NCBI GenBank assembly: GCA_905236535.1
Contig: CAJOQN010000006.1
Span: 3,484-67,483, forward strand
Direction: 5' to 3'
DNA from: an uncultured Bacilli bacterium
Lineage (GTDB): Bacteria > Bacillota_I > Bacilli_A > RFN20 > CAG-826
DNA length: 64,000 nt
The notes beneath the pieces are model-generated. The model had not been told where the DNA came from. It was given only the letters and a program-made list of their open reading frames with translations, and searched no databases. Shown here piece by piece: positions 1 through 10,295 of this stretch. The stretch's first letter is position 1. The number at the start of each line of letters is the position of its first letter. Made by a program: the position numbers and the translations under genes.

Positions 1-1263
1 AGTAAAGCTTGTTAAGAGGTATGGTCCGGTAATAAAGAGCATATATGGAAGGGTAATCTTCGAATATTGTTGCCAAGCATTCGCCCCATCGATATTCGCG
101 GATTCATATAAATCCGCTGGAATGTTCATTAAGATACCAGTAACAACGAGCATCAAATAAGGAACACCAATCCAAATATTGATGATGATGACAGTGATAC
201 GAGCGAGCCATGGGTCACCCCAGAAGTCAATTGGTTGGAAATTGTGGACTCCAAACCATCCGGCAACCGTTTCAAAGATCCCGTTGATGATGCCATCAGT
301 TGCGAACATCTGAGAGACATAAAGAATGGAGATAAATTGAGGAATGGCAATAGAGAAGACTAAAATAGTTCTCCAAAGTTTCTTCAATCTAATTCCTTTC
401 TTATTGATGAGCATCGCGACAATCATGCCGAGGAAATAGTTGGTGAAGGTCGCAAAGAAGGCCCACACCAAGGTCCAAAGCAAGATTTGACCAAAGGTTG
501 CAGAGAAGGATTGACCACCTGCAGACCAGGTAAATATCTGTTTAAAGTTATCAAATCCTGCCCATCCGAATAAGGTCGCGTGTTGAGCGTCATAATCGGT
601 AAAGGCCACTAAAACCATAAAGAAGATCGGTAAAATGGTAAAAATGACAATACCTAATGTTGGTAAAGATAATAAGGTTTTGTAGAAGTTTTTATCCACT
701 AAAGCGCGTAAATCATCCTTCGCCGTGTCGAGTTTCTTCTCGTTTTTAATAATCTCTTCAGAAATCCTATTTTGTTTGATATTTAAATACCAAGTATAGA
801 TCAAAGCGATAATGAAGAAGATCGTCAAAACACCATAAAGCAAGATGTTGAAGGAATTATCACCTGGAGTGACAGTTCCATCAGGATTTGTGATTGTATC
901 TTTGGTACCTAAAATATAAAGTTGAGAGAAATATCCACCACCAAAGAAGATCATATAAAGGATAAATGCTACTTCAAAGATGAGGAAGAGAAGACCTCTT
1001 AGCCATTGTCCTCTAGCGATGCTCCCAAAGCCCATCACGAAATATGAAATTTTGGTTTTCCAATCTCCGTGGGCAAAGGTTAAGCCAATATCCTTAAAGA
1101 TATTAACGACTTTCCAAAAGAGGTTCTTCAATAAGCCCCAGATTTTTAATCCGAGATTTTTGAGTTTAGATGGAATCGATTTAAAGAAGGCGACAAAATT
1201 AATACCAAATCTTTGGATTTTCGTTTTCTTTAACATTTCCAAATCTTTTTGATTATTGCTCAT
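1..1263 (-). CDS. Maltodextrin/sugar ABC transporter permease, MalF-like. Partial: start codon near 1263, continues past the left window edge.
   Basis: Own translation of the minus strand (absent from the ORF track because incomplete). Polytopic TM protein with a long N-terminal extension and the ABC permease EAA loop (ESANIDGANAWQQYSKITLP). Directly downstream of the MalE-like binding-protein gene. Confidence 0.75.
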   Translation of the reverse strand, partial: MSNNQKDLEMLKKTKIQRFGINFVAFFKSIPSKLKNLGLKIWGLLKNLFWKVVNIFKDIGLTFAHGDWKTKISYFVMGFGSIARGQWLRGLLFLIFEVAFILYMIFFGGGYFSQLYILGTKDTITNPDGTVTPGDNSFNILLYGVLTIFFIIALIYTWYLNIKQNRISEEIIKNEKKLDTAKDDLRALVDKNFYKTLLSLPTLGIVIFTILPIFFMVLVAFTDYDAQHATLFGWAGFDNFKQIFTWSAGGQSFSATFGQILLWTLVWAFFATFTNYFLGMIVAMLINKKGIRLKKLWRTILVFSIAIPQFISILYVSQMFATDGIINGIFETVAGWFGVHNFQPIDFWGDPWLARITVIIINIWIGVPYLMLVVTGILMNIPADLYESANIDGANAWQQYSKITLPYMLFITGPYLLTSFT

Positions 1264-1276
1264 AAGTCCTCCTTCC

Positions 1277-2566
1277 TTAATCATCTAATAAGATAGAAAG
1301 ACCAGAAGTATAGTTCGCTAAAAGCTCTCTGATTTGAGCTTCAGTGCTATTTGTAGCGATGCTTCCGGCAAGACTACCTAAAGAGTTAAACCATGCGCCT
1401 GGGCATTGTTCTTGTTGATGTGCGTATTCATGTTGGGCCGCTAAAGCCGCTAAAGCTGGATGCTCTTTAACAGCTTGGTTTTCGCTGGCCTTAATATTTG
1501 TTGGTCCCCAAGAGACTTGTTTAAATCTATTGAGTTGATTCTCACTATTAGTGAGATATTCAGCGATTTTACGGCAGACACTGGCTTTTTTCTTATCCGC
1601 TTGTGGTTTGACACCCATAAGTTTATATCCATCGAATGAGGACATATGATATGTTTGTCCACCATAGGTAAAACTTGGGAGTTCCGCACATCTCAAATTG
1701 TCTCCAAATTGAGTTTTGATATATTCGTATTCCCAAACACCAGTAATGATCGCTCCAGCGGAGTTCGTCCATGTCGATTTAGTAGCGACTACCGAATTGT
1801 CCGCGAGTTCGCGATAGGCCATACCAGCAATCACTCCATTATCGCTGTTATAGTTGTCATCATAAGCGAGGAAACTACCGCTCTTCTCATCGATAGTCCA
1901 GTGTGATTCACAACCAGTCGCTAAGAAATAACTGGCGGCGTAGAATCCATTCTTACGGTCGAAGTTGAGTTTCTTTTTCTTCGCTTTAAGAGTGGACAAT
2001 AAAGTGGTCATGTCTTTGACATCATTATCAGAAACCACTGAAGCATCATAATAAAGGAAGTATCCGTTATCGCTCGTGGTGGGGAAAGCATACATCTTAT
2101 CTCCAATCGAAGCAGCTTTAACAGAATCCACGCTATTATTGGCTTTTAAATGTTGAGTTAATGACGAATCAAAAGCGGCTAAAGCATTCGCGGTCTTTAG
2201 TCTTGAAAGTTGGTCTTGCGCAAAGATAAAGATATCCGCGCCACTGGAGACATCTTGAAGCATTTTTGTCGCCGCTTCGCCTTCACTCATTGGTTGAACG
2301 GTGACATTGATGTTATATTTTCCACCACTGCTCGCCGCAAAGTTGTTGATTTGGGCTTCAGTAAGACTTGTAATCTTGGTATCAACCCAAACTTTGACAT
2401 CATAGGTTCCGGCATCATCAATACCTTCTCCTCCATCCCAGTCTCCTCCACCAGAACCAGTGTAGAAACTGACTCCATCAGGAAGAGTGTAATTATATTT
2501 AAAGTTACAGGCTGTCAAAAGGAGCACAGGTAGAAATGCCACATATTTTAATTTGTTATTTCTCAT
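1277..2566 (-). CDS. Extracellular solute-binding lipoprotein of an ABC sugar transporter (MalE-like maltodextrin-binding protein)
   Basis: 429-aa ORF. Signal peptide plus lipobox LLLTAC. Size and composition fit a family-1 SBP. Lies between the pullulanase and the permease. An SD (AAAGGAGT) precedes the ATG. Confidence 0.7.
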   Translation of the reverse strand: MRNNKLKYVAFLPVLLLTACNFKYNYTLPDGVSFYTGSGGGDWDGGEGIDDAGTYDVKVWVDTKITSLTEAQINNFAASSGGKYNINVTVQPMSEGEAATKMLQDVSSGADIFIFAQDQLSRLKTANALAAFDSSLTQHLKANNSVDSVKAASIGDKMYAFPTTSDNGYFLYYDASVVSDNDVKDMTTLLSTLKAKKKKLNFDRKNGFYAASYFLATGCESHWTIDEKSGSFLAYDDNYNSDNGVIAGMAYRELADNSVVATKSTWTNSAGAIITGVWEYEYIKTQFGDNLRCAELPSFTYGGQTYHMSSFDGYKLMGVKPQADKKKASVCRKIAEYLTNSENQLNRFKQVSWGPTNIKASENQAVKEHPALAALAAQHEYAHQQEQCPGAWFNSLGSLAGSIATNSTEAQIRELLANYTSGLSILLDD

Positions 2567-2580
2567 ATTTACTCCTTTCT

Positions 2581-3009
2581 TTAACTATTGCTGACCCAAA
2601 TACCATAAAGGTTGAGGACATTGCTTTGTTTATAATCATTCTCGAAGTTCCAAATATGACTATCATCTATTGATGATGGGTATTCGGAATACCCTAAGAA
2701 GTGAGGATAAAGTGGATCTGGAGCATCCGCATCTGTAAGGATGGCTTGCTCTGGACAACTCCCAAGAGGAGTTAAGCTATACCAATCCATTTGATAAAGC
2801 GGGGTGTCGCTATGGGAATAATTGAGATAGAAGTTAACCACCATATTGTATTCACTTGGTAAATCAGGATCCTCTTCACTATCTCCTCCCTGTGGATTAT
2901 CAGGAATTCCAGGATACGGGATTTTTGGATTATAAGCTTCTGAACCATTACAACCAGCGATTAAAAGAGAGACCGTTAATAAAGGTAATAAAAGTATTTT
3001 CTTTTTCAT
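2581..3009 (-). CDS. Small lipoprotein of unknown function within the maltodextrin operon
   Basis: ORF 2581..3078, trimmed to MKKKILLLPLLTVSLLIAGC (lipobox) because that ATG is 9 nt after a GGAGGG SD. Acidic and proline-rich mature part. Confidence 0.5.
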   Translation of the reverse strand: MKKKILLLPLLTVSLLIAGCNGSEAYNPKIPYPGIPDNPQGGDSEEDPDLPSEYNMVVNFYLNYSHSDTPLYQMDWYSLTPLGSCPEQAILTDADAPDPLYPHFLGYSEYPSSIDDSHIWNFENDYKQSNVLNLYGIWVSNS

Positions 3010-3022
3010 CTTCATTCCCTCC

Positions 3023-6000
3023 TTAGCAATTTCCTTTGGAATTGAATATGACAATCGTATTCTTATTCCAAAATTCAAGTTTGCCGGATTCAGTGTTCAT
3101 CGTATATCCACCATAATCCCACATGTGTTCCCATGTTCCACTACTGATTCTTGCATCACCCCAAACTGGAGAATTTTGATTACCAGTGCAGAGGTAGATG
3201 AAAGATTCGTTGATTTGCATCGCGGCGGAGGTGCTATCAAAAGCGCCCAAATCGCCACCACCCCAGACGATATTACTCACAGTTTTACCGCTGGAAGTTG
3301 AAGAGACAAAAGTGTTGTAACCAACATTAGCTCCTCTTTTCTTCGCTAAAACTTTGTGCATTCTAATCAAGCTAGAGAAGGCTCCACTTAAATTGAATCC
3401 ACTTGTGGAAGTATTAATGACTTGATCATCAAAGGTGACTTCAATCTTGTTGCCCCATTTAAAAGTATTAACGCTTAATGGAGCATTATAAGAGTTATGA
3501 GACACAAAGTGTCCATGTAAATTTTGATATGAATCGGCGGTGACCGCGTCTAAATCAGCAACCGCTAATTCTTTAGTTCTAAGTAATTCTTCTCCGCCAT
3601 ACATAAAGGCCGCGCAATTAGAAGCAAAGATTAAACCATGGGCTTGTAAAACACCATGAGCGAGTTGAGTGCCACTTGGATGAGTGCCATCCACTAAAGT
3701 GTTATAAAGTTGATCTCTAACAGTCCAGTTATCGTGACATGAAGCATAGTTCACTGTTTGTTCTGGATAATATCCAGAGATCGCGCCATCAGTGTTGACA
3801 CCAGTATTGACACCCCAAAGTCCAGAGGCAATGGTCCAAGCGTAATTATTAGAATTACCGGTTTGGATATATCCTTTTCCAGGATAACCATCGACATTGT
3901 TTTCACCTCTAATCGCATTTCTAACAGAGTCGTTAAAACCACCGAGGTAAACACCTTGAGTTTTATAGTTATTACATTCGTTATAGACTTGCCAGCTCAT
4001 CGCTCCAAAGTTATGAGCGTCCACTCCACCATGAACTTCTTTCCATTGGTCAGACCCTTCTCCGTGATATCCACCAGAGGTCCAGCCTTCTCCATACATA
4101 TAAATATCTGGATCTATTTCATATAAGGCGTTCTTGGCTTCGATTAAGGTTTTAAAATCAATTAATCCCATCAAGTCAAAACGGAATCCTTTAATTTTAT
4201 ATTCTTTGGCCCACATAACGAGAGAATCGACGATGAATTTTCTCATCATTGGTCTTTCAGAAGCAACTTCGTTATGGCATCCTGAACCATCCCAAAGTTC
4301 ACCTTCCATTTGATATCTATCGCCATATTCATTGTAGTAATCTTTAGCGGCGTATCTAAAGTAATAACGTGGCATAAGTTTATGGAAGTTACTACCAGTC
4401 GCAGAACTGACATGGTTATAGACAACATCCATAATGACTCTCGTATGAGTGTCACTACCTTCTTTACCGGCTCTTTGTTTTGATAATTGAAGGACGAGAT
4501 TCTTAAATTCTTGGACTCTCTTCAATCCATCGTGTGGATCGGAGGAATAACCACCTTCAACTACATTATAGTTAAGTGGATTATAACCCCAGTTGTATTT
4601 AAGAGTTTCTTGGCTTTCATCATTATCATGATCAAAAACTGGTAATAATTGAACCGCTTCAACACCTAAATCTTTGAGGTGATCATAGCCTGTGGTCACA
4701 TCGTTATGGCCAACGAGGTGGGTTCCACTTTCGACAAAAGCGTTATAGGTTCCGTTTTTGTTTTCGTTATTGCTAACCCAAGAAGAATCGCCGGTGAAGT
4801 CTTGAATATGGACTTCATAGATGCTTAATTCTTGTGGGGTGGTGATATCATAACCACTCACTCCATCCCATTTAAGTGGGAGAGTGTCCCAACCATCCGG
4901 GTTAGTGTCTGCTTTATCATAGATAAGTCCACGCACACCATTACAACCTGCACTAGTGGCGTATGGGTCCATTGTCACATTCGTACCTAAGGTATTATCA
5001 ACTTGATAATTATAATATTTACCTTTGAGGTCACTATCGATGGTGAGTTCCCAAATACCACCACTGGTGTAATGCATGTGGTAACCTTTATATTTATCAT
5101 CTCCACCAAATTCTAAAGAGGTGTCCTTATCATAAAGAAGAACGGTAATATTCGCAGAAACTGGAGACCACACTCTAAAGGTTGTTCCAGAGGCGCTATA
5201 TGTCGCTCCTAAATCTTTTGTAAGGTTTGCTTGTTCATAATAAGTATTAAATTTCGCAGTATCGTAAAGTTTATCAAATCTCACGGTCACGGTTTTGCTC
5301 AAGCTGGCCATATCTGGATCGCTATCAGTGGATGGGTCATGGCTGACCAAGGAATAGACGATATTAATATGGGCTTCATACGGTAATTGAATATTGAATT
5401 CACCATTTGCTCCAGCATTACCAGTTCCCTCTTTTACGAGGTACCATTTTTTGACATCCTCACGTTTTTTAGGTTTGATTTTATAATATGTTTCATCAAA
5501 AGCATATAACTGCCAATTGACACTAGAAGTATCATTGGTGAGTTTGCATCTGATTGTTTTCCAATCGGTGAATTCTGCAAGAGACACACCGTGCACTCTG
5601 GTCTTGTTCTCGCTATCAAGGATAGCAATACCACCACCAGCGGCCGGCATGGTCCAAACTTCACAAACATCGCTTCCTTCCGCTGGAGGAAATTCAGAAT
5701 AGACGAGTTGCATATCATCTGATTGTCCACCCCAGTTGAGGTTCATTTCGGAAATCTTTTTATATTTAATAATAAAGAATAATTTAGATTTACCCGCAAA
5801 AGCGGCAAATCTTGCATCGGTAAAATCAATGTTGATAGTCATCATTGTTCTATCAGCATTAACTGACATAATGTCCGCGGCGTTTTCTAAGTTATATTCC
5901 ACACCATCAACACCGGTTACCCAAAGATAGAAGGCTCTTCCATCATTTCCGCCAGCTTCATTATAGTAGTGAAGAATGACTTTATTGACGACGACAGAGA

Positions 6001-6223
6001 CGTCCTCTTCTTCGCCTTCATCTTCCATAGAGGCAACATATGCTCCATTGATAATATCTGGATGACTATAGTCCGCATGTTCAAGATTTTCATCGTAAAT
6101 GGCGGTATCTTTGCCAGGATTATCGACTTTTTGGAACATTCTAGTAGCGATTAGACCAGCGGTCCCCATCACTAAGAAAGAAGGTAAGATTGTTAATAAT
6201 AATTTATTAATACGTTTCATCAA
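3023..6223 (-). CDS. pulA: Pullulanase (GH13 type I), secreted
   Basis: 1066 aa with an N-terminal signal peptide. The YNWGYNP pullulanase motif and GH13 catalytic regions (GFRFDLMG, YGEGW, CHDNWT) are present. N-terminal CBM-like domains. Confidence 0.88.
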   Translation of the reverse strand: MMKRINKLLLTILPSFLVMGTAGLIATRMFQKVDNPGKDTAIYDENLEHADYSHPDIINGAYVASMEDEGEEEDVSVVVNKVILHYYNEAGGNDGRAFYLWVTGVDGVEYNLENAADIMSVNADRTMMTINIDFTDARFAAFAGKSKLFFIIKYKKISEMNLNWGGQSDDMQLVYSEFPPAEGSDVCEVWTMPAAGGGIAILDSENKTRVHGVSLAEFTDWKTIRCKLTNDTSSVNWQLYAFDETYYKIKPKKREDVKKWYLVKEGTGNAGANGEFNIQLPYEAHINIVYSLVSHDPSTDSDPDMASLSKTVTVRFDKLYDTAKFNTYYEQANLTKDLGATYSASGTTFRVWSPVSANITVLLYDKDTSLEFGGDDKYKGYHMHYTSGGIWELTIDSDLKGKYYNYQVDNTLGTNVTMDPYATSAGCNGVRGLIYDKADTNPDGWDTLPLKWDGVSGYDITTPQELSIYEVHIQDFTGDSSWVSNNENKNGTYNAFVESGTHLVGHNDVTTGYDHLKDLGVEAVQLLPVFDHDNDESQETLKYNWGYNPLNYNVVEGGYSSDPHDGLKRVQEFKNLVLQLSKQRAGKEGSDTHTRVIMDVVYNHVSSATGSNFHKLMPRYYFRYAAKDYYNEYGDRYQMEGELWDGSGCHNEVASERPMMRKFIVDSLVMWAKEYKIKGFRFDLMGLIDFKTLIEAKNALYEIDPDIYMYGEGWTSGGYHGEGSDQWKEVHGGVDAHNFGAMSWQVYNECNNYKTQGVYLGGFNDSVRNAIRGENNVDGYPGKGYIQTGNSNNYAWTIASGLWGVNTGVNTDGAISGYYPEQTVNYASCHDNWTVRDQLYNTLVDGTHPSGTQLAHGVLQAHGLIFASNCAAFMYGGEELLRTKELAVADLDAVTADSYQNLHGHFVSHNSYNAPLSVNTFKWGNKIEVTFDDQVINTSTSGFNLSGAFSSLIRMHKVLAKKRGANVGYNTFVSSTSSGKTVSNIVWGGGDLGAFDSTSAAMQINESFIYLCTGNQNSPVWGDARISSGTWEHMWDYGGYTMNTESGKLEFWNKNTIVIFNSKGNC

Positions 6224-6235
6224 AATTCCTCCTTT

Positions 6236-7747
6236 CTACATTTGGGTAAAGGTATAGTTGAACCAAGCGTGTTGCCAATTGTCCCAATTGTGAGCCCAGA
6301 TGCTTCCTCCAACTTCCACCATTGAAATAAGGTATGAATTTCCAACGGTTAAAGTGACAGAACCAAGGTGAATTGATGAATCCATCTCATCCCATGGTTC
6401 TCCATTAGCGGGGTGGAAATATTTATCACCATTTTGAGAGAGATAACAGCTGATGCTACTAGCTTCTGCCACAGTAAATTCAGCTTTATATTTGCCATCG
6501 CTTTGTTTGACCGCATCTTTGAAGTTACCATCCACGGCGATATGAACAACCGTGGGGTCGGTCCATGATTCAATACCGGTGAAATAAATATTAATCGTGC
6601 CGGTTGGAATTATGGGTGGATCGACTGGAGTAACATCGTCAGAAGGGGCTCCACTGGTGAAGGTGTAATTAAACCAAGCATGATTCCAATCTGATTCAGC
6701 ATAAGCCCAATTAACAAATGTAATGGTGTATGTTCCACCTAATTCAACATTGATTGAACCAGTGTTAATCGTCGAATTCATTCGGTTATAATCTTCGACA
6801 CCGGTCGTTGGATGGAAGTATTTACCATCTTGTCCATTTTGGTTGAGATAAGCATTAACGCTTTGTATTTCACCACTGACATCGATGGTGGCTTTATAAT
6901 TGTTATCACTTTGTTTTGTGGCGGCGACAAATACACCATTAATACCTAAATTAACCGCAGTTTCATCCGTCCAGTTATTAATACCAGCGAAATAAAGAGT
7001 GACTGAGCCAGTTGGCACCACCGGTGGTTCATCTGGAGTGACCCCACCTTCTCCTCCGCTGAAAGAAGCATATAAAATCTTGCCTCTTGCATTAGGAACT
7101 TTGGTGTATTTGGTCAATGCTCCACCACCTTCATATGATTGCCAAGCTTGGAATTTTGAGCCATTAACCACCGAGGTCACTTCTTCGCTAGTGGGTAAAT
7201 CAGCGCCAACTTCTGCGGTGAATTCAATCGCATATTCAAGGAACATCGATGGAATATCCACGCCTGGTTCGCCTTTATATCTACCATTTTCGCCGATGAC
7301 GAGATAAGTAGTGACCGTCTCGCCAGTGACTGGATCGGTTGGGTCGACTGGAGTTTCGCTATCCCCGTCTTCTCCACCGCCTCCGCTACTTTTTCTAGTA
7401 ACTGAGACCGTGCAGTCTTTGGAATATTTTCTGCCACTATAAGTCGCAGAGGCCGTAATCTTGGTTTGCCCAGGAATTAAAGCATTAAAGGTAATGTTAA
7501 GGCCTTCGGTCGCGTTTAATGAGACGATCGAATCATTTTCCACAGCCCAATAAACATCAACTTCTTTGTCGAGTGTGGCTTTAAGGCTACCTTGAGAACC
7601 TTCAACCACTGATAATTTATCGTTATCAAGGGTGATGGTTACTTTCTCCACTGGATTAGGTGAACCTTTGCCGTTGTATTTGACACATCCAGTGAGGATG
7701 AGCGCGAAGAATGGAAGCGCGAAGAATATAAGTTTTTTATTTTTCAT
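6236..7747 (-). CDS. Surface lipoprotein with an Ig-like (Big_2-like) domain and two tandem ~125-aa repeats; putative starch-binding accessory protein
   Basis: ORF 6236..7831, trimmed to MKNKKLIFFALPFFALILTGC (lipobox; the start is preceded by AGGAGGGGAGCAAG). The two internal repeats each end in W(N/Q)HAWFNYTFT. Flanked by the amylase and the pullulanase. Confidence 0.6.
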   Translation of the reverse strand: MKNKKLIFFALPFFALILTGCVKYNGKGSPNPVEKVTITLDNDKLSVVEGSQGSLKATLDKEVDVYWAVENDSIVSLNATEGLNITFNALIPGQTKITASATYSGRKYSKDCTVSVTRKSSGGGGEDGDSETPVDPTDPVTGETVTTYLVIGENGRYKGEPGVDIPSMFLEYAIEFTAEVGADLPTSEEVTSVVNGSKFQAWQSYEGGGALTKYTKVPNARGKILYASFSGGEGGVTPDEPPVVPTGSVTLYFAGINNWTDETAVNLGINGVFVAATKQSDNNYKATIDVSGEIQSVNAYLNQNGQDGKYFHPTTGVEDYNRMNSTINTGSINVELGGTYTITFVNWAYAESDWNHAWFNYTFTSGAPSDDVTPVDPPIIPTGTINIYFTGIESWTDPTVVHIAVDGNFKDAVKQSDGKYKAEFTVAEASSISCYLSQNGDKYFHPANGEPWDEMDSSIHLGSVTLTVGNSYLISMVEVGGSIWAHNWDNWQHAWFNYTFTQM

Positions 7748-7760
7748 CTTGCTCCCCTCC

Positions 7761-10295
7761 TTACACTCTAAAAACGGCGATGCTATATGGAGTAACACCG
7801 ATGTCTCCACCTTTAACAGTTGGGGCGCCACCCATGGATTTTACAAAGGTGGTTTCTGCACCCGCAAAATAATCTGGATTCATCGCATAAGTGCTACTAC
7901 CCGTGCCGGTATTGATAAAGATAACAAGTTTGCACGCTCCCTGAGCGTTCATAACTTTAATACCAATAACGTGACCGCCATCGAGATATTCAATACGTGC
8001 ATCTTTTGGATACATGTGTTTGATTTCGTTTAGACCCTTATACCAATTAAACATGGAATTAGGATCAGCTTTTTGTTCTTCCATCGAAGGAAGGGTTCTA
8101 TTATAGGAATCTAATTCAAATTTATATTGACCAGACTTATAGTTTGCTCTGATTGAGGTGTCTTGCCATAAGAATGGTTGACGATACCAAATGTCTTCAC
8201 AGTTTTCACTGCCATAAGTATCGACATGAGTGTTGGTGTTAGAAGACATTCCAAGTTCATCACCATAATAAATCCAAGAAATACCACGATCTAACATCGT
8301 AATAGCCCCATGAATCTTGGCTTTTTCAACTTGGTTGTTACTTCCAGTAACTTGTTTTAATGGAATGGTGTCTCCAGCTTTTTCTCCAGGAGTGCCATTG
8401 ACTTGGTTGATAGCTCTCATGACATCGTGGTTAGAGGTGAAGGCTCCATCGATAAAGTCTGGGCGTTTACCACCAGGAATGGTTTGGTTTCCAGCGGAAC
8501 CACCATCTAAAATCACATCACTCATCGAGGAATATGGATCAAAGGTTTCTGAAGCTTGTCCGTGGGCAAAACCTCCACCTTGATATATTTGTGAACAAAT
8601 ATGATAGTAAGTTGAGAATGAGAATTGACTATCTAATGCTTGATAATAAGGAGCGGTTCTTGTACCCCAACCATCAAAGTTTTCACCGACTAAGAAGCAG
8701 TTTGGATAATCAGCTTTTAAGGAATCGGCAAATTCTTTCCACCAAGTGACATTCTTTGTGAGGTTGCTTGAATAATCAAAATCTTTGGTGACATAGATAC
8801 CTTTTTCATCATCATATGTTGATTTACTACCCGTGTCAGTGATGATGATATCGTTTGGTTGATAACATTCGTCTCTCATAAAGATGTGTTTGACAGCATC
8901 GAGACGATAACCATCTAAGCCAAAGGATAACCAGTATTTCGCCATTTCGATGACGAGTTTACGGGTGTTTGCGTTTTGATAATTAATCTCAGGCATGCCA
9001 CTACCAAACTTACCATAATAGTAATAATTTGATTCTCCATCCCTGTACCATGATGGATTATTGCTGGTTGCATCTTGTTCAACAGTGATGGTTTGATAAG
9101 ACCCGTTGATATATTTTTCTATCGTATCGGTCTTATATTTCCAAGTGTAGATATCTCTCCACTCGTTCTTCGTGCCATCTGGATTTGAACCCCATTGGGA
9201 GTTGATGAACCATGGGTTACCTTTGGAGGTGTGGTTCAAAACTAAGTCCATAATGACTTTCATGCCCATCTTATGGGCTTTATAGATTAATTCACGATAA
9301 TCGTTAATCGTTCCGAATCTCTTATCAATCGCGAGATAATCAGAGATGTCATATCCATGATATGAATCGGATTTTTGAATGGGGGTTAGCCAAAGAACAT
9401 CCACTCCTAAATCCTTGAGGTAATCAAGAGAATTAATAACTCCTCTTAAATCACCGATTCCATCACCGTTGCTGTCTCTAAATGAAGCGACAAAGATTTG
9501 ATAACCAACACCTAATTGTTTAAAGGCATCAGAGGTTGTGCTCACATCAAAGATGTCGCGATATTGAGGGTCGATTGTGGAACTATATTTTCCACTTTCA
9601 TCCTTATCGATTGGATTAATTTTTACTTCTGGGACACCATCTCCCGCGAAGTATTTGTAGTTGGCCAAGGCGCCTTTAGACACAAAGACGTGGACAGCTT
9701 TACCACCTTCGACAGTTCTCCAGTTCTCTTCGTTGGCAATATCATCGATATATGTCTCTCTACCACCATCACTAATCCAGTTTGAAGAGCCATCCATCGA
9801 GCTTTGTTTTGGAAGGAGGAATCCAAGTTCTTCCATGCCCTCATAGGTTACAGGAGTGCCAGTTTTTCCTCCAACGAGGTCAGGTCTATTCAAATCGACA
9901 TCCATGATTGCCCCATAGTTGTCGTAATAAATTCCTGATCCATCCTTTCCAACATCTTGATAGGTCATCCAACTCGTGGACATCGGTTTGAGTCTTAAAG
10001 TTGTGGAAACTTGTGGATCTCCGCTATAACCCCAAAGAGCGCCTTCGAGGTCTTGAGGAGCGGATTGCCAAAGCCACAAACAGTAGTCACTGTAGTTGGT
10101 TTCACTTCCTCGGTTGTAGTGAAGGTAGAGATGACCCGGTTGAGAAATAGAGTTTAACCAATAATCATATTGATTAGGATCCTCGGCATCGCTAGCGCCT
10201 GCACGACTAACAAAAGGAGCAATTGCTCCAATAGTGAGACACCCCGTCAATAGAAAAACAGGTAGTAGTCCAAAAAATAGTACCTTTTTTCTCAT
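7761..10295 (-). CDS. GH13 alpha-amylase-family lipoprotein (amylase / neopullulanase / cyclomaltodextrinase-like)
   Basis: 844 aa with lipobox LLTGC. GH13 regions are present: GDGIGDLRGVINSLDYLKDLGVDVLWLTPI, GYRLDAVKHI, FLVGENFDGWG, FTSNHDV. Confidence 0.85.
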   Translation of the reverse strand: MRKKVLFFGLLPVFLLTGCLTIGAIAPFVSRAGASDAEDPNQYDYWLNSISQPGHLYLHYNRGSETNYSDYCLWLWQSAPQDLEGALWGYSGDPQVSTTLRLKPMSTSWMTYQDVGKDGSGIYYDNYGAIMDVDLNRPDLVGGKTGTPVTYEGMEELGFLLPKQSSMDGSSNWISDGGRETYIDDIANEENWRTVEGGKAVHVFVSKGALANYKYFAGDGVPEVKINPIDKDESGKYSSTIDPQYRDIFDVSTTSDAFKQLGVGYQIFVASFRDSNGDGIGDLRGVINSLDYLKDLGVDVLWLTPIQKSDSYHGYDISDYLAIDKRFGTINDYRELIYKAHKMGMKVIMDLVLNHTSKGNPWFINSQWGSNPDGTKNEWRDIYTWKYKTDTIEKYINGSYQTITVEQDATSNNPSWYRDGESNYYYYGKFGSGMPEINYQNANTRKLVIEMAKYWLSFGLDGYRLDAVKHIFMRDECYQPNDIIITDTGSKSTYDDEKGIYVTKDFDYSSNLTKNVTWWKEFADSLKADYPNCFLVGENFDGWGTRTAPYYQALDSQFSFSTYYHICSQIYQGGGFAHGQASETFDPYSSMSDVILDGGSAGNQTIPGGKRPDFIDGAFTSNHDVMRAINQVNGTPGEKAGDTIPLKQVTGSNNQVEKAKIHGAITMLDRGISWIYYGDELGMSSNTNTHVDTYGSENCEDIWYRQPFLWQDTSIRANYKSGQYKFELDSYNRTLPSMEEQKADPNSMFNWYKGLNEIKHMYPKDARIEYLDGGHVIGIKVMNAQGACKLVIFINTGTGSSTYAMNPDYFAGAETTFVKSMGGAPTVKGGDIGVTPYSIAVFRV

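Noticed and set aside
3758-4126. Numerous 60-130-aa ORFs lying inside or antisense to large genes (e.g. 3758..4126, 8317..8583, 15921..16139, 28719..29015, 59000..59266)
   Set aside because: They overlap well-supported long CDSs in other frames and have no SD or motifs. They are the usual artefacts of six-frame translation in AT-rich DNA.
7747-7831. N-terminal extensions in the ORF track (e.g. MAPQLL... of the 531-aa lipoprotein overlapping the amylase; MILSCL..., MPKGTPS..., MQWRFH..., MYNIVSEG...)
   Set aside because: The track uses alternative start codons (TTG/GTG/ATT) and reports the longest frame. In-frame ATGs with SDs or signal peptides give better starts, so the CDSs were trimmed.
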